IMG/VR virus record: IMGVR_UViG_3300042756_000102 | Strand: one strand, 5' to 3' | Source: a virus | Length of the DNA stretch: 43,199 bases | In this document: in pieces, positions 32,196 to 42,800 of the stretch | How the letters are laid out: every line of letters begins with the position of its first letter | Position numbering within the stretch: the stretch's first letter is position 1 | Position numbers and translations under genes: made by a program | The notes under the pieces: generated by a model | Seen by the model: the letters and a program-made list of their open reading frames with translations, nothing else | The model's database searches: none | Told to the model about the DNA's origin: nothing

Positions 32196-34492
32196 TGCCT
32201 AATGAATACCAAAAGGACGGGGACATAAGATTTGTCGGGCTTAACAGCCGTGACAACCCTAGTGCTCTGCCTAAAGGTATTCTTAGTCGTTCTCAGAATT
32301 TCAGACTAGACCGTGGTGTTGCCCAGACAAGAAAGGGGCTTCAAAGAAAGACTATTGGCTCTATTGTTGGTCAAGTAATTTACGCTACAGGTACTTACAT
32401 CCAGTCTTCTGGACAGGAGATAATTGTGTTGGTTGTAGCAAACGGACTTTACACATACAACCCGCAGACAGAACTTCTTTCTTCTAAGATTTATTTCCCT
32501 AATTTTATAACTGGGAAAACGCTGACCTCAACGGACTCTCTTAATGTAACCGTTACATCAGCGGCTCACGGTCTTATTGTAGGTGCTAAGGTGTATGTTG
32601 AAACCACATACGCAGGATACTCTGGGTTGTTTACTATTACAGCGGTAACAACTAACACATTCTCCTATCTGATGCCAGCGGTTGCATCTGTTGGTGCGGT
32701 CACGGGGGTTGCTTGTTCTTATAGTGCCTCAGAATTAATTACAACTCCAGAGGGTTGTGATGTCTGCAACGCTATGGATAAAATCTTCATAAGCAGAGGA
32801 TTTGACAAGCGTCCGTTGATGTGGGACTTAAATGTAACAATTACTGCTCTTCCTGCCACTACTACCGCAGGTCACGAATTTCCTAACTGCACTAATTTGA
32901 TGTATTATGGCAATAGGTTAATTGCTATTGGCAAATATCACGCTGAAACAAATCCCCTTAGAAACTACGACACGGTTTCGGTTAGCAATTTCTTAGACTA
33001 TACTGACTGGGATATTGCAGACGCATTCTCTGTAAACAACGGAAGCAATGACCAACTCGTTGGCGTTGCACCTTGGACGCTTAATGAGTTCCTTGTGTTC
33101 ATGCGTAACAGCATTTACTATGTTTCTATTGGCAATGACAGATATGCAACAGGTGCGGCTCTAGGTTCAGATTCTTACATCAAGACGCTTGCTACTGACA
33201 TCGGTTGCCTAGCCAAGAAGAGCGTGGTACAGGCTGGTGGTGGCGTGTTCTTCCTGTCCGACAATGGCGTTTACTTCCTCCAGCCTCAGCCAGCGTCCGC
33301 TGAGTCAATGAAGTTGCTGACTATGGCTGACCCTATCTCAGCCCCAATTGATGACATCATCCAGCGTATTAACAGAAACTACGCCAGCAACGCTGTTGCT
33401 ACCTACTGGAACAACAGGTACTATTTAGCCGTTCCGTTAGACGATTCGGTTGTTAATAACACAGTATTGGTTTATAACTTTATTTTAAAAAACTGGGAGT
33501 CTGTTGATACATACCCTACGCTTGTAACTACTGGCAGTAATCTTGTTGCCGATTCTTGGACTATCAATACATCTGCATCTGGGCTAACTGATTACATTTA
33601 CATTGTTATAACAAAATCCGCAGTACCGCAACACGGACTGGCTGTCGGAGATTATGTTAATGTAAACTTCACAGGTCAGTCTTGGACTGGTTCTGGATAT
33701 GTTGATTTGCTTCCCCCAAGCGGAACATACAAGGTTATAGACGATGCGTATTCCAGCCTTGATTCTTCATCCTTTTATATAAAGATTCCAAAGTCTTCCT
33801 TTCTAGTCCTTCCGTATACTGGGACTTACCCTACTTTAAGTTGGATTTATCAACTTGGGTATGGTGTCACATTTGCCAAGGCTGAGTCTGTCTCCCTCAA
33901 GGAATTTATTGTAGTTAAGAAAGATAACCAGAGACGGATGTTCTTAGTTGATAACTACCAAGGCATATTCCTTACAGAACAATTAGATGTCGATGAGTTC
34001 GGTGAATCTATTGGAAACCCTATTCTTCCTACGCCTATTGCTAGTTTAGATACACCAGCAAACATTGCTTTAGGATTGTACGGAAACCTTGTCTTAGTTG
34101 CGTTGTATGATTCGCTAGGCAATCCTAATGCAAATGTAATTGTGTTAGACCCTCTGTCGTTCCAGAAGAACAACATTACTGCTGTCCTTGAGACAAGACA
34201 GTATACAATAGATAACATTACTGACAAACGATTCAGTTCTTACGAAGCAAACATCTTGACATCTGGCGGGGAAAGAATTGAAACCTACGCTGAGGTCAGT
34301 AACCCAGATGTAAGAGTTAGGGTGGACTCTCTTGGCTCTTCCTCCTCAGAAGACTACAACAGAAGCAACCCCATCAGAAAAACTGGGTCTGGCTTAATCC
34401 TCAAATTTATTTCTTACTCTAAGCGTCCATCTATAAGGTCTGCCTTTATTTACGCAACTCAACAGAAAAAGAACAATATAAACAAACAATAA
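32195..34492 (+). CDS. Large tail protein (765 aa), tubular-B/nozzle-like, with inserted AHGL-type domains.
   Basis: Size and position are analogous to T7 gp12. It contains TVTSAAHGLIVGAKVYVETTYAGYSGLFTITAVTTNTFSY and a second copy, PQHGLAVGDYVNV. Confidence 0.55.
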   Translation: MPNEYQKDGDIRFVGLNSRDNPSALPKGILSRSQNFRLDRGVAQTRKGLQRKTIGSIVGQVIYATGTYIQSSGQEIIVLVVANGLYTYNPQTELLSSKIYFPNFITGKTLTSTDSLNVTVTSAAHGLIVGAKVYVETTYAGYSGLFTITAVTTNTFSYLMPAVASVGAVTGVACSYSASELITTPEGCDVCNAMDKIFISRGFDKRPLMWDLNVTITALPATTTAGHEFPNCTNLMYYGNRLIAIGKYHAETNPLRNYDTVSVSNFLDYTDWDIADAFSVNNGSNDQLVGVAPWTLNEFLVFMRNSIYYVSIGNDRYATGAALGSDSYIKTLATDIGCLAKKSVVQAGGGVFFLSDNGVYFLQPQPASAESMKLLTMADPISAPIDDIIQRINRNYASNAVATYWNNRYYLAVPLDDSVVNNTVLVYNFILKNWESVDTYPTLVTTGSNLVADSWTINTSASGLTDYIYIVITKSAVPQHGLAVGDYVNVNFTGQSWTGSGYVDLLPPSGTYKVIDDAYSSLDSSSFYIKIPKSSFLVLPYTGTYPTLSWIYQLGYGVTFAKAESVSLKEFIVVKKDNQRRMFLVDNYQGIFLTEQLDVDEFGESIGNPILPTPIASLDTPANIALGLYGNLVLVALYDSLGNPNANVIVLDPLSFQKNNITAVLETRQYTIDNITDKRFSSYEANILTSGGERIETYAEVSNPDVRVRVDSLGSSSSEDYNRSNPIRKTGSGLILKFISYSKRPSIRSAFIYATQQKKNNINKQ

Positions 34493-34493
34493 T

Positions 34494-35738
34494 ATGGCTC
34501 AACTTTCTAAAGGCGAAACATTTGCCGACTCTCAACAACTTACTGCCACACGGCTTAACCAACTGGTAGACTCTGCCACCATTCTTGTGGGTGCTATCAC
34601 CGACCAGCCTAGCATCACGGCTAACACGCTAGAGGCTACCGATACCACTATTGTCAACGATGGCGGGACGCTCAAGGAAGCCACCATCAGCGACTTCTTG
34701 AACAGCGGTCTGCCCGTTACAAGTGCTGTTATTAATGCCCCAGCAACCAAGGACATCGTAGTTACCCCTTATGATTCGGCTTCTGTTGCAGGAAGTAATT
34801 ATATCAGCGGTGATGGCTTGACTGTTGTTGTCACAACTCTTGCCGCCCACGGGCTTGCTGTAAACAATGTGGTATTAATTTCTGGTGCTGGCACGGGCTA
34901 TAATGGCACATTTAAGATTACGGCTGTTACTTCGTTAACATTTACATATGTTCTAGGGCTTCCTGCGGCTACTCCGACAGCCTCCGCTACCGCTTGCACA
35001 TATGTGAAAAAGGCTAGTGAGATTGTAAACGGAAACATAGTTGCCACTAAAAGTGCTTTTGTAACTGAAAACATCACTTGTGAAGGAAATGTTCTTATTA
35101 AGGGTCAAACTGAATTAACAAACGCTCCTACAATTGGAGGTAAAAGCCTTCCTCAGTTGTACGATGTAGTTGAAGTTACTGTTCCTGCTTACAGTTGGGG
35201 CAACGGCAATAGCAATACTGCGTACACCTATGACCAGATGTTCTTGTCTAATACCTATGTTAAGCCAGTAGATGAAATCTGGATTATTGAAGTCGATATG
35301 AAGATTATGTCGATGTCTGCCTCCTCTAGTGGTTATGGATTGGTTCGTGGTACTAACTGGAAAATGGAAACTGTGGCTACTACTGGTGGTGCAATTACAT
35401 TTGCAAATAATTGGGTTCAAAGAACGGATGCAATTGGTGGTTACATTAATGGCTCAAGCGGATATTCAAACATTTCCCTAGAACAGTTTTATTGGAAGTA
35501 TGTTATTCCTAAAACGGTTGCCTTTGATGGCAAGTTTAAGATTTCCGCAATGCAAAATATTCCTCAAGGCTGGGCTAATCAGACGGATGGTTTTACTGCC
35601 ATCAGTCCTACTTCCGCTGGGACTAATGTTAATCAAGCCTACTGGCAGGGTTTAGCAACTGTTGGAACTGCTGGCAACATTGCAACCAACTTCCCTTGGA
35701 GAACTACCTTCCGAATCTTTAAGCACAGAGTTACTTAA
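34494..35738 (+). CDS. Tail fibre or receptor-binding protein (414 aa).
   Basis: Shares the domain LTVVVTTLAAHGLAVNNVVLISGAGTGYNGTFKITAVTSLTFTY with the preceding gene. The N-terminus LSKGETFADSQQLTATRLNQLVD is typical of fibre N-termini. Confidence 0.6.
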   Translation: MAQLSKGETFADSQQLTATRLNQLVDSATILVGAITDQPSITANTLEATDTTIVNDGGTLKEATISDFLNSGLPVTSAVINAPATKDIVVTPYDSASVAGSNYISGDGLTVVVTTLAAHGLAVNNVVLISGAGTGYNGTFKITAVTSLTFTYVLGLPAATPTASATACTYVKKASEIVNGNIVATKSAFVTENITCEGNVLIKGQTELTNAPTIGGKSLPQLYDVVEVTVPAYSWGNGNSNTAYTYDQMFLSNTYVKPVDEIWIIEVDMKIMSMSASSSGYGLVRGTNWKMETVATTGGAITFANNWVQRTDAIGGYINGSSGYSNISLEQFYWKYVIPKTVAFDGKFKISAMQNIPQGWANQTDGFTAISPTSAGTNVNQAYWQGLATVGTAGNIATNFPWRTTFRIFKHRVT

Positions 35739-36163
35739 TGACACTTGGTGACCTCATCTCCTACATAAAGGCGAACCGTAACAAGGGTCGTGGGGAAGCC
35801 TTTGGCTGGACGGACGATGAGTTGATTACCTACATCCATTGGGCTGATACCTTCAGATACCTGTTTGTTGTATCGGATGAAAATGGCTTTGCTGGGTGTA
35901 CGGTTATGTATCCTGTTGCCAAGCCTGTTGCTGGAGAACCGCAGGAACTAATGACTTTTAAGGCAAATATCCCTCAATCCGAGGAAGGTACTGCCGACCT
36001 ATGTATAATGGATTTTGTGGCATCAAGCCCAGAGGCAAAGAAAAGCCTTGTAATCCAACTTAAGGAAAGATATCCAAACTGGAGCAATCAAGATAAGTGG
36101 GCTTTACGGTTTGGTAATATAAAGAAACTTTCTAATAACTACATTAACCTTTTAACTATATAA
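35738..36163 (+). CDS. Hypothetical protein (141 aa), in the position of T7 gp13.
   Basis: TAATG coupling; no motif recognised. Confidence 0.5.
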   Translation: MTLGDLISYIKANRNKGRGEAFGWTDDELITYIHWADTFRYLFVVSDENGFAGCTVMYPVAKPVAGEPQELMTFKANIPQSEEGTADLCIMDFVASSPEAKKSLVIQLKERYPNWSNQDKWALRFGNIKKLSNNYINLLTI

Positions 36164-36167
36164 CACA

Positions 36168-37142
36168 ATGGGAAAGAGAAAAATATCAGCACCAGCACCT
36201 CGTGACTACAAGCAAGAAATGCTTGATTCTATGGCTGGGCAGGAAGCCATCCAGCCACGCCTTCTAGAACTAGAACGCCAGTACCAGCCCCTGTACCAGA
36301 AACTCCAGCAGGAGATGATGGACAGGCAGATGGGGTATCAGATGGATTCCTACGAGAAGGCTCTGCCACGCTCTCAACAGATTGCGGGGATGGCTCAACA
36401 GGGGGCTATGTCAGCCTACAGGCAGGGCATGGGTGCAAACACAATGGGGCTGTACGACACCATGTTAGCATCGGCTCAGTCTGACCTTTCTGCTGGTCGA
36501 GGGCTTACCCCAGAGATGGAAAAGTACAGCCAACAGGCGGCTCGACAGGCTATGGCGGCTAGGGGTCTATCTGGCAACCAAGCGGTTGCCCAAGAGGTTC
36601 TTAACTCCTATCAATTAGGTGGACAGAGGGAAGACAGGTCTAGACAATTTGCTGGGATGATGTACGGGGCAGGACAGGGTAACCTCCAGAACGCTTTGGG
36701 CAACTACAGCCCGTATGCTCCCCAAACAATGTATGGCGGGGCGGCTTCAATGACTCAAGGTCTAGGTGCTCAAATCTTTAATCCCGAATCCCAGTATAAC
36801 GCTGGTCTTATTACTGCTAACCGTAAAGAGGCAATGGATGTCAAGATTGCTAACCAGCAAGCCAGCAACTCGTTTACCAATGGTCTTATTGGAGCGGCTG
36901 GTGCTGTCGGTGGTGCTTTCCTTGGCAATCCTGCGTTGTTTGCTGGAAGTCTTGGTGGCGGTGGTGGCATGAACCTTGGTGCTAATTCAAACATTTACTC
37001 GTCTCTTCCTTCTTATGGTTCTTCTATAACAGGAGCATCCCCATACAGCATGGGAAGTACTAATCTAGGAATGAGCATGAGTGGCTCGTCCTTTGGTTCT
37101 GGAGGACTAACAATGGGTGGATTTAACACAAGGGGTTACTAA
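36168..37142 (+). CDS. Internal virion protein, Gln/Gly/Met/Ser-rich low complexity (324 aa).
   Basis: Called from its composition and its position before two larger internal-protein genes (gp14-like position). Confidence 0.6.
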   Translation: MGKRKISAPAPRDYKQEMLDSMAGQEAIQPRLLELERQYQPLYQKLQQEMMDRQMGYQMDSYEKALPRSQQIAGMAQQGAMSAYRQGMGANTMGLYDTMLASAQSDLSAGRGLTPEMEKYSQQAARQAMAARGLSGNQAVAQEVLNSYQLGGQREDRSRQFAGMMYGAGQGNLQNALGNYSPYAPQTMYGGAASMTQGLGAQIFNPESQYNAGLITANRKEAMDVKIANQQASNSFTNGLIGAAGAVGGAFLGNPALFAGSLGGGGGMNLGANSNIYSSLPSYGSSITGASPYSMGSTNLGMSMSGSSFGSGGLTMGGFNTRGY

Positions 37143-37145
37143 TTT

Positions 37146-39830
37146 ATGGCATCTTCTTTTGGCAAATATCAAGGTGGTATTGAGGCTTCTACTGGAAATC
37201 TAGTTCCCGCATTTGGTCAGATGGCGGCTCAGACAGCCCAGACTATTGCTGGGTTTGGTCAGAACATTGCCCAAGGTCTTCAAGCGTACAACGAGAACTC
37301 TGCTAAGAATGATATTCTTACCGCTGAGGCTGAGGCTCTTGGTGGTCAGATTCAGCAGTATGCACAGATGTTTGGTGACAGCCCAGAACACGCTGAGTTC
37401 GCAAGGTCATTACAACCCTACATCGAGAAACTTTCTAAAGTCCCTTCTATGTCGCTTACCCAGAAGATGGGTACAGTCACAAGCGTAAAGGCTGGCTTTG
37501 CTAACATCGGTCAGCAGTTGCAGGTCTTTGAACTCATGCGTGGCGAGCGTATGAAGCGTGACATGAATGTCGCTAGAGACGGGGTCAAGGAATACGATGA
37601 AGTCACAGTCCCCACGGCTATTATTCCTTCTGGTAAGATGCCTTACTTCTACGACAAGTCCTACACAGAGAATGAGGCTGAGATTACTCGCCTTGCTACG
37701 GAGGCTCAAGGAAGAGGGGCTAATGTTGATATTGCTAAGGTTCTCAGCGATTGGAGAAGCCAGTTCAAGGCTTCTGCCATGTCCAGAACTGATATGCCTC
37801 CAGAAGTTAAGGAAGCACTTATCAAGCAGATTGATGCTGGCGAAGGTCTTGAAAGCAACATTCAAACCGATGACAGCGGTGTAACCGACTATGCCAAGGA
37901 AGCCGATATGTATGGTAGAACCAGCACATCAGTTAAGGAGCAACTCACTCCTGCTAAGGTTGAAGCCTCTGCTATTGCTCCATCTGTTTCAACTAAAGTT
38001 AATGAGTTAAGACAAAAATCTTTTGAAATAGAAAAAGCAATTGCTTCTCTTAATCAGAAAGGCAAAGTTCAAGAAACAATTTCTGACGCTGAGTTCAACA
38101 AACTTGTTGATAAAGACCCATCACCCAGCAGATTTACTAAGGTTTCTAACCTTGAAGAACAGGGCTGGAGGAAGTCTAAGGACGCTAAGGGCAATCAAGT
38201 TTGGTCTAGACAAACTTCCGACAAGCCCACCGCTGAGGCTCTTGCAAAATACAGAACCGAACTTGATTCTGTTAAGCAAGAAGAATATAGAATCAATGGC
38301 GAACAAATTGCCAAGGCTAAGACTCCTCAAGGTGAAATTGAGGCTCTTCAAGAGCGTAAAAGACTGCTTGAAAAAGACAAAAACAATCTAGATAGGATTG
38401 AAGGCTCTGTCCTTCCTACGCTGGCTGGTTGGACTTCTAGGCAGATTTCTGACGCTATGCAAAATCAACCTGCTTTCCAAGCCCTTGCTAGAAGCAGAAA
38501 AATGATTACTGGTGAACAAATCACACCAGAGGTTGCAAAAGAACTTGTTGAAGAATTTAGCAGTATGAAGCACATGGGCATTCCTCTTGTTGGAGGAAGC
38601 ATTAAGGCTTTATTTGATACAATTATTAATTTAGGTGGTGCTGAAAACCTTACCAAGAGAGATAAACAAAATATTGCTACAGCGGTAAATGACTATAAGT
38701 CAAAAATGAATTCGGATTCTGAATTTAGAAACACAGGAATTGATAAATCTCCAGAAAGAGAAATTGTAGATATTGACGAAAGAATTGAAAGACTCCAAAG
38801 AAAACTTCCTAGCACAGAGCCATCTCAAGGCACTCAATCTGCACAAGGTACGCAAGCAGGTAGTGTTGCAACGGGAACGCCACAAGTTGCCCAGCCAGAA
38901 AATGCATACACTTTAACTAATCAGAGAAACTTGTCGCTTGGTACAACTACCCAGCAGATGGCAACTTCTATTGAGAGCAAGCGTAATGACATGAAGACTT
39001 TCTTTACTCAGAAGTACGGGTACATCCCTGCCTCGTTTGAAGAGTCGTTCAAGGCTATCTACCCAGAAGCCAACTTCAAGACGATGGAAACCCCTTACGG
39101 TGCATTCATGCATGACGGCAAGGAATGGAAGCAGATTCAAATGCAACAACCCAAGGTCATGTCTCGCAAGGAGATGGCTGAAGAAAAGGCTGTTTCGTTC
39201 GGCAAGTTACAATCTGACGGAAGCATTGACATCAATGAATACGCAGAACTCACACCTAACTCTGGCGTGTTCGTCCGTGGCATCTTTGGAGGTTCTCCCT
39301 CTGACGCTTCTAAATTTAGAACACAAATGCTTGAAGGCTCTAACGCTAAGAGGGCTGTTGGCAGACTTATTGAAATCAATGAGATGGCTGGCGAATCTAT
39401 GCCTTGGAATGCTAAGTTGTGGGGCGAAGCCAAGGCTCTCCTTCCCCAAATCAAGGCTGGATTAAGAATTGACATCATTGGTGTTGGTACAGTTTCTAAC
39501 TACGAACAGCAACTCATCGAAGATGTTGTGGCTGACCCGACCAAGTTCTGGTCTCTTGAGTCTTCCGATAGGGCTAAGTTGCAGGTTATCATGGACAAGA
39601 TTAGCAACAAACTTATACAAGAACCTGCCAATCACGGACTTGATGTCAAGGTAGGCGGTAGAACTAACGCTCAAAGAGAGAAGGAAATCCGTATGAGTGC
39701 TCTTGGTTCTGGCAAATCTAAATTACAACTTGATTACGAGGCAAGAGGTGGTAAAACAGGTACATCGCTTGACTGGAAGAATAAGACTATCGCCCTCCCA
39801 GACGCATTCAAAAAAGCACTTACTGAATAA
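37146..39830 (+). CDS. Internal virion/ejection protein (894 aa).
   Basis: Gp15-like position. It has a Gly/Gln-rich N-terminus and an AT-rich coiled-coil insert at roughly 37960-38900. Confidence 0.6.
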   Translation: MASSFGKYQGGIEASTGNLVPAFGQMAAQTAQTIAGFGQNIAQGLQAYNENSAKNDILTAEAEALGGQIQQYAQMFGDSPEHAEFARSLQPYIEKLSKVPSMSLTQKMGTVTSVKAGFANIGQQLQVFELMRGERMKRDMNVARDGVKEYDEVTVPTAIIPSGKMPYFYDKSYTENEAEITRLATEAQGRGANVDIAKVLSDWRSQFKASAMSRTDMPPEVKEALIKQIDAGEGLESNIQTDDSGVTDYAKEADMYGRTSTSVKEQLTPAKVEASAIAPSVSTKVNELRQKSFEIEKAIASLNQKGKVQETISDAEFNKLVDKDPSPSRFTKVSNLEEQGWRKSKDAKGNQVWSRQTSDKPTAEALAKYRTELDSVKQEEYRINGEQIAKAKTPQGEIEALQERKRLLEKDKNNLDRIEGSVLPTLAGWTSRQISDAMQNQPAFQALARSRKMITGEQITPEVAKELVEEFSSMKHMGIPLVGGSIKALFDTIINLGGAENLTKRDKQNIATAVNDYKSKMNSDSEFRNTGIDKSPEREIVDIDERIERLQRKLPSTEPSQGTQSAQGTQAGSVATGTPQVAQPENAYTLTNQRNLSLGTTTQQMATSIESKRNDMKTFFTQKYGYIPASFEESFKAIYPEANFKTMETPYGAFMHDGKEWKQIQMQQPKVMSRKEMAEEKAVSFGKLQSDGSIDINEYAELTPNSGVFVRGIFGGSPSDASKFRTQMLEGSNAKRAVGRLIEINEMAGESMPWNAKLWGEAKALLPQIKAGLRIDIIGVGTVSNYEQQLIEDVVADPTKFWSLESSDRAKLQVIMDKISNKLIQEPANHGLDVKVGGRTNAQREKEIRMSALGSGKSKLQLDYEARGGKTGTSLDWKNKTIALPDAFKKALTE

Positions 39831-39835
39831 TTACA

Positions 39836-42800
39836 ATGGCTGAATTATACGCTAAACCTTTCGAGACTATCGATACGGGTTATAATCCTCAACAGCCACA
39901 GGGTGGCGGTCAGTCAAGTGAAACAGACGAGTATCTGTCCTCCCTTCCCCCAGAGGAAAGACAGGCGGCTATAGAACGCTTGAACGCCCCCTTAACTGGC
40001 GAGGAGTTGGCAACGCTGGCTAACTCTGGTCAGAGGCAACCATCTCTTGCTGAGTTTGCTGAGATTGAAAAGTTTCACAAGAACCACGAAATCTCTTTTA
40101 TTGATGGGCTTGGCAAGATAGCCGAAGGTGGTGAGCAGTTTATGACAGACATCTCTAAGGCGTTTGGGGCTATGTTAGATAACCCTTCTGATGTTGCGTC
40201 AAAAATGCCAGCCACAGCGGTTGAGGCGTTTGCTCAAGGTACAAGAAATTTCTACGGGATGTTGGCAGAGTCTAGCAACACGGACTCTATTTTATTTAAG
40301 GTTAAAGATTTTCTTAACGGCACAGGTTCTATTGAAGACAGATACAATCAATATCTTCAAGCCTTAAAATTTAACAAGGACTCTATGGAGTTACTGGAAG
40401 GCAAGCAGACAATGGTCATGGATGCCGACATGATTAACCACGAAGTTACTCAAGCAATGGCTTACATTGCTGACCCGACTCTTTTTATTCCGTTTGGCAA
40501 GGTTGCCTCTACGGGTCTTCGTGCGGTTGGTCTTGGCGAAAAACTTGCGATGGCTGGTGCTAGGTCTGCGGCTATTAAGAACGCTATCATTGGAAACACA
40601 ATTAAGTGGGGTGTTGGTCAGCCACTTGAGTTCCTTGGTGGTGCTGTTAGAAATACTATTGACTACGGATTAGACAAGGCTGGACAGGCTTTTGAAGCCA
40701 CTACTGGAATTGGGGCTAAGGAGTTCGGGCAGACCGCCAGAATGTCTGGGATAGGCTTTTCTGCCTCAGCAGTCGCTGGTTATTCTGTTCCCTTTGCCTC
40801 TACTGTCTCTGATGCCTATATCGTAGGTTCTTCTGCCAGAGGCTTTGGCGAGGCTCTGACCCTCATGGGTGAAACCATGTCTAAGAATAAGTTCGGGCGG
40901 GGCATCAATACTTGGGCAACCGAGGCTATGGAACAGGCTGAAAAGAACGGTATTGTCCTCAGTCCTCATGCCAAGGGTCTATTAAAGACTCTTAATGCCG
41001 TTGACCCGTTGTTTGCCTACGGATGGAACGGGCTTGAGGGTGCTTCGCAAGGTGCTTTTATTGGTGGCGGTCTGGGTTATCTTAACGCTGGAGAAGAGGG
41101 TATGTATAGTGGTATTGGTGCTGGTATTGCTATGGGTGCTGTTGGTGCTACTGCTGGCAAGATGGTGGCTGATGTGACTGGCGGTACTAATGTCGCTAGA
41201 CGAGCCGTTCAAGCCAAGATGGTTATTGAAGGTCACAAGGTAACCAACCCAGACAAGGCTATGTTCTTTCAAGCCATGCAGACTACTGCTGAGGCTAGAG
41301 GACAAGATGTAGACTTGGTTAACGGCATTATTGCTGGTATCGATAAGGTCGCTCCGAACTTTGAGTTCCATGCAATGACTCCAGAACAATTTGCAGTTGA
41401 GGCTGTCAAGAAAGGTTACAACCCGTACACAGGAAAGTTTGCAGAACGCTCTGCATTAGACCATGAATTCGGTGGAGACAGAGCCTCTAAGTCTAAGGCT
41501 ATGGGCATCCTTCGTGCTGTTGGTGGTGACTTTGTAGGCAACAGCAAGGCGTTTCTTGATGCCATTAAGAAGGCTTCTGCAAAAGACTCTGCTAATCCTA
41601 GCAAACCAGCGAGTAACATCCCTGCCAATTTAAGAAAATACACAGATATTGCTAAGACATTTGATAAACTCACCAAGACACAGCAAGACGCTATTCTTAG
41701 AGAAATTGATGGACAGGCTGACATTGCTAAAGACCTAGGTGGCAACACAAAACTTCGTGACTACTACGACACTCTTACATGGTCTGAAGGTTGGACTGAT
41801 GCGTTAGTCAAGAAATTTGAGTCTGACAGAGATGGTGCAAGAAAAGATATCACAGATATGCTTGCACAGGAAACCAAGAAGGACGGCAAGATGACAAACA
41901 AGGGTCGTGCTTTGGTGGACAAACTGCGTAACGAAGGGTTCTTAGACAAAGAAGGCAAGTTGCTCCGTGAGCGTAATCTGCTTCAAGCGGACATGACTCT
42001 GATGGAGTTCGCTACGGTCAAGGGTGGCGTGATGAGAAGAGAGGCTGACGGAAAGACTCATATGTATATCAATCTTAACAAGATGGGTAGCGAGACTTTC
42101 CCGCACGAACTCTTCCATACCATCATGCGTGAGTCTCCAATGAAAGACCATTTCACCAAGTCTCTCATTCAAAAACTTGTTGGCTCGTTTGATGAAAAGG
42201 GCAATCTTGTCAGAAACGGAGAAGTCAATATTAACCAAGTCCGCAAGTTTTTTAAGAAGTATATTAACCTTACTTCGTACAACGAAGACGGCACATTAAA
42301 TGCAGACAAGGCTGGAGAAACTATGAAGGCTGTTGAGGTCGCACTTGCCGAGTTTGAACAGTCTGGCAAAACCAAGAAGATTTCTGACAAGTCTAGAGCA
42401 CTCCTAGAGCACTACACAGAAGAGTTCGGTGCTTACTATTTCTCGCATTGGCTGATGGGTCGCAACAGAAACACCCTGTTTTTTGGTGGCGAACTCAAGG
42501 GCATCGAAGGTCTTGTCGAAAGAACAAAGGACGGCTTTATGGATTTCTGGCAGTCTAAGATTTCTAAGGCTAACCCAGAGTTTAATTTTGCTAAAGGTCT
42601 GAACGCCTCGTTTGACAGGTCTAAGGGTCTTGGTCGTATCTCCTCGATGGACTATTACATGAGGGACATGGTCAGAGCCGCTTCTAACGCTAATCAAAAT
42701 GCGTTCCGTCCCGACTCGATGACCCTTGAGAACCTCAGAGACTTTGAGCGTAGCAACGGACTTAGAAACCTCACCACGCCAGACGGCAACAGAAGACTCA

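Noticed and set aside
31059-35738. A diversity-generating retroelement acting on the repeat-containing tail genes.
   Set aside because: The window has no reverse transcriptase ORF and no near-identical template/variable nucleotide repeat pair. The repeats are protein-level and diverged.
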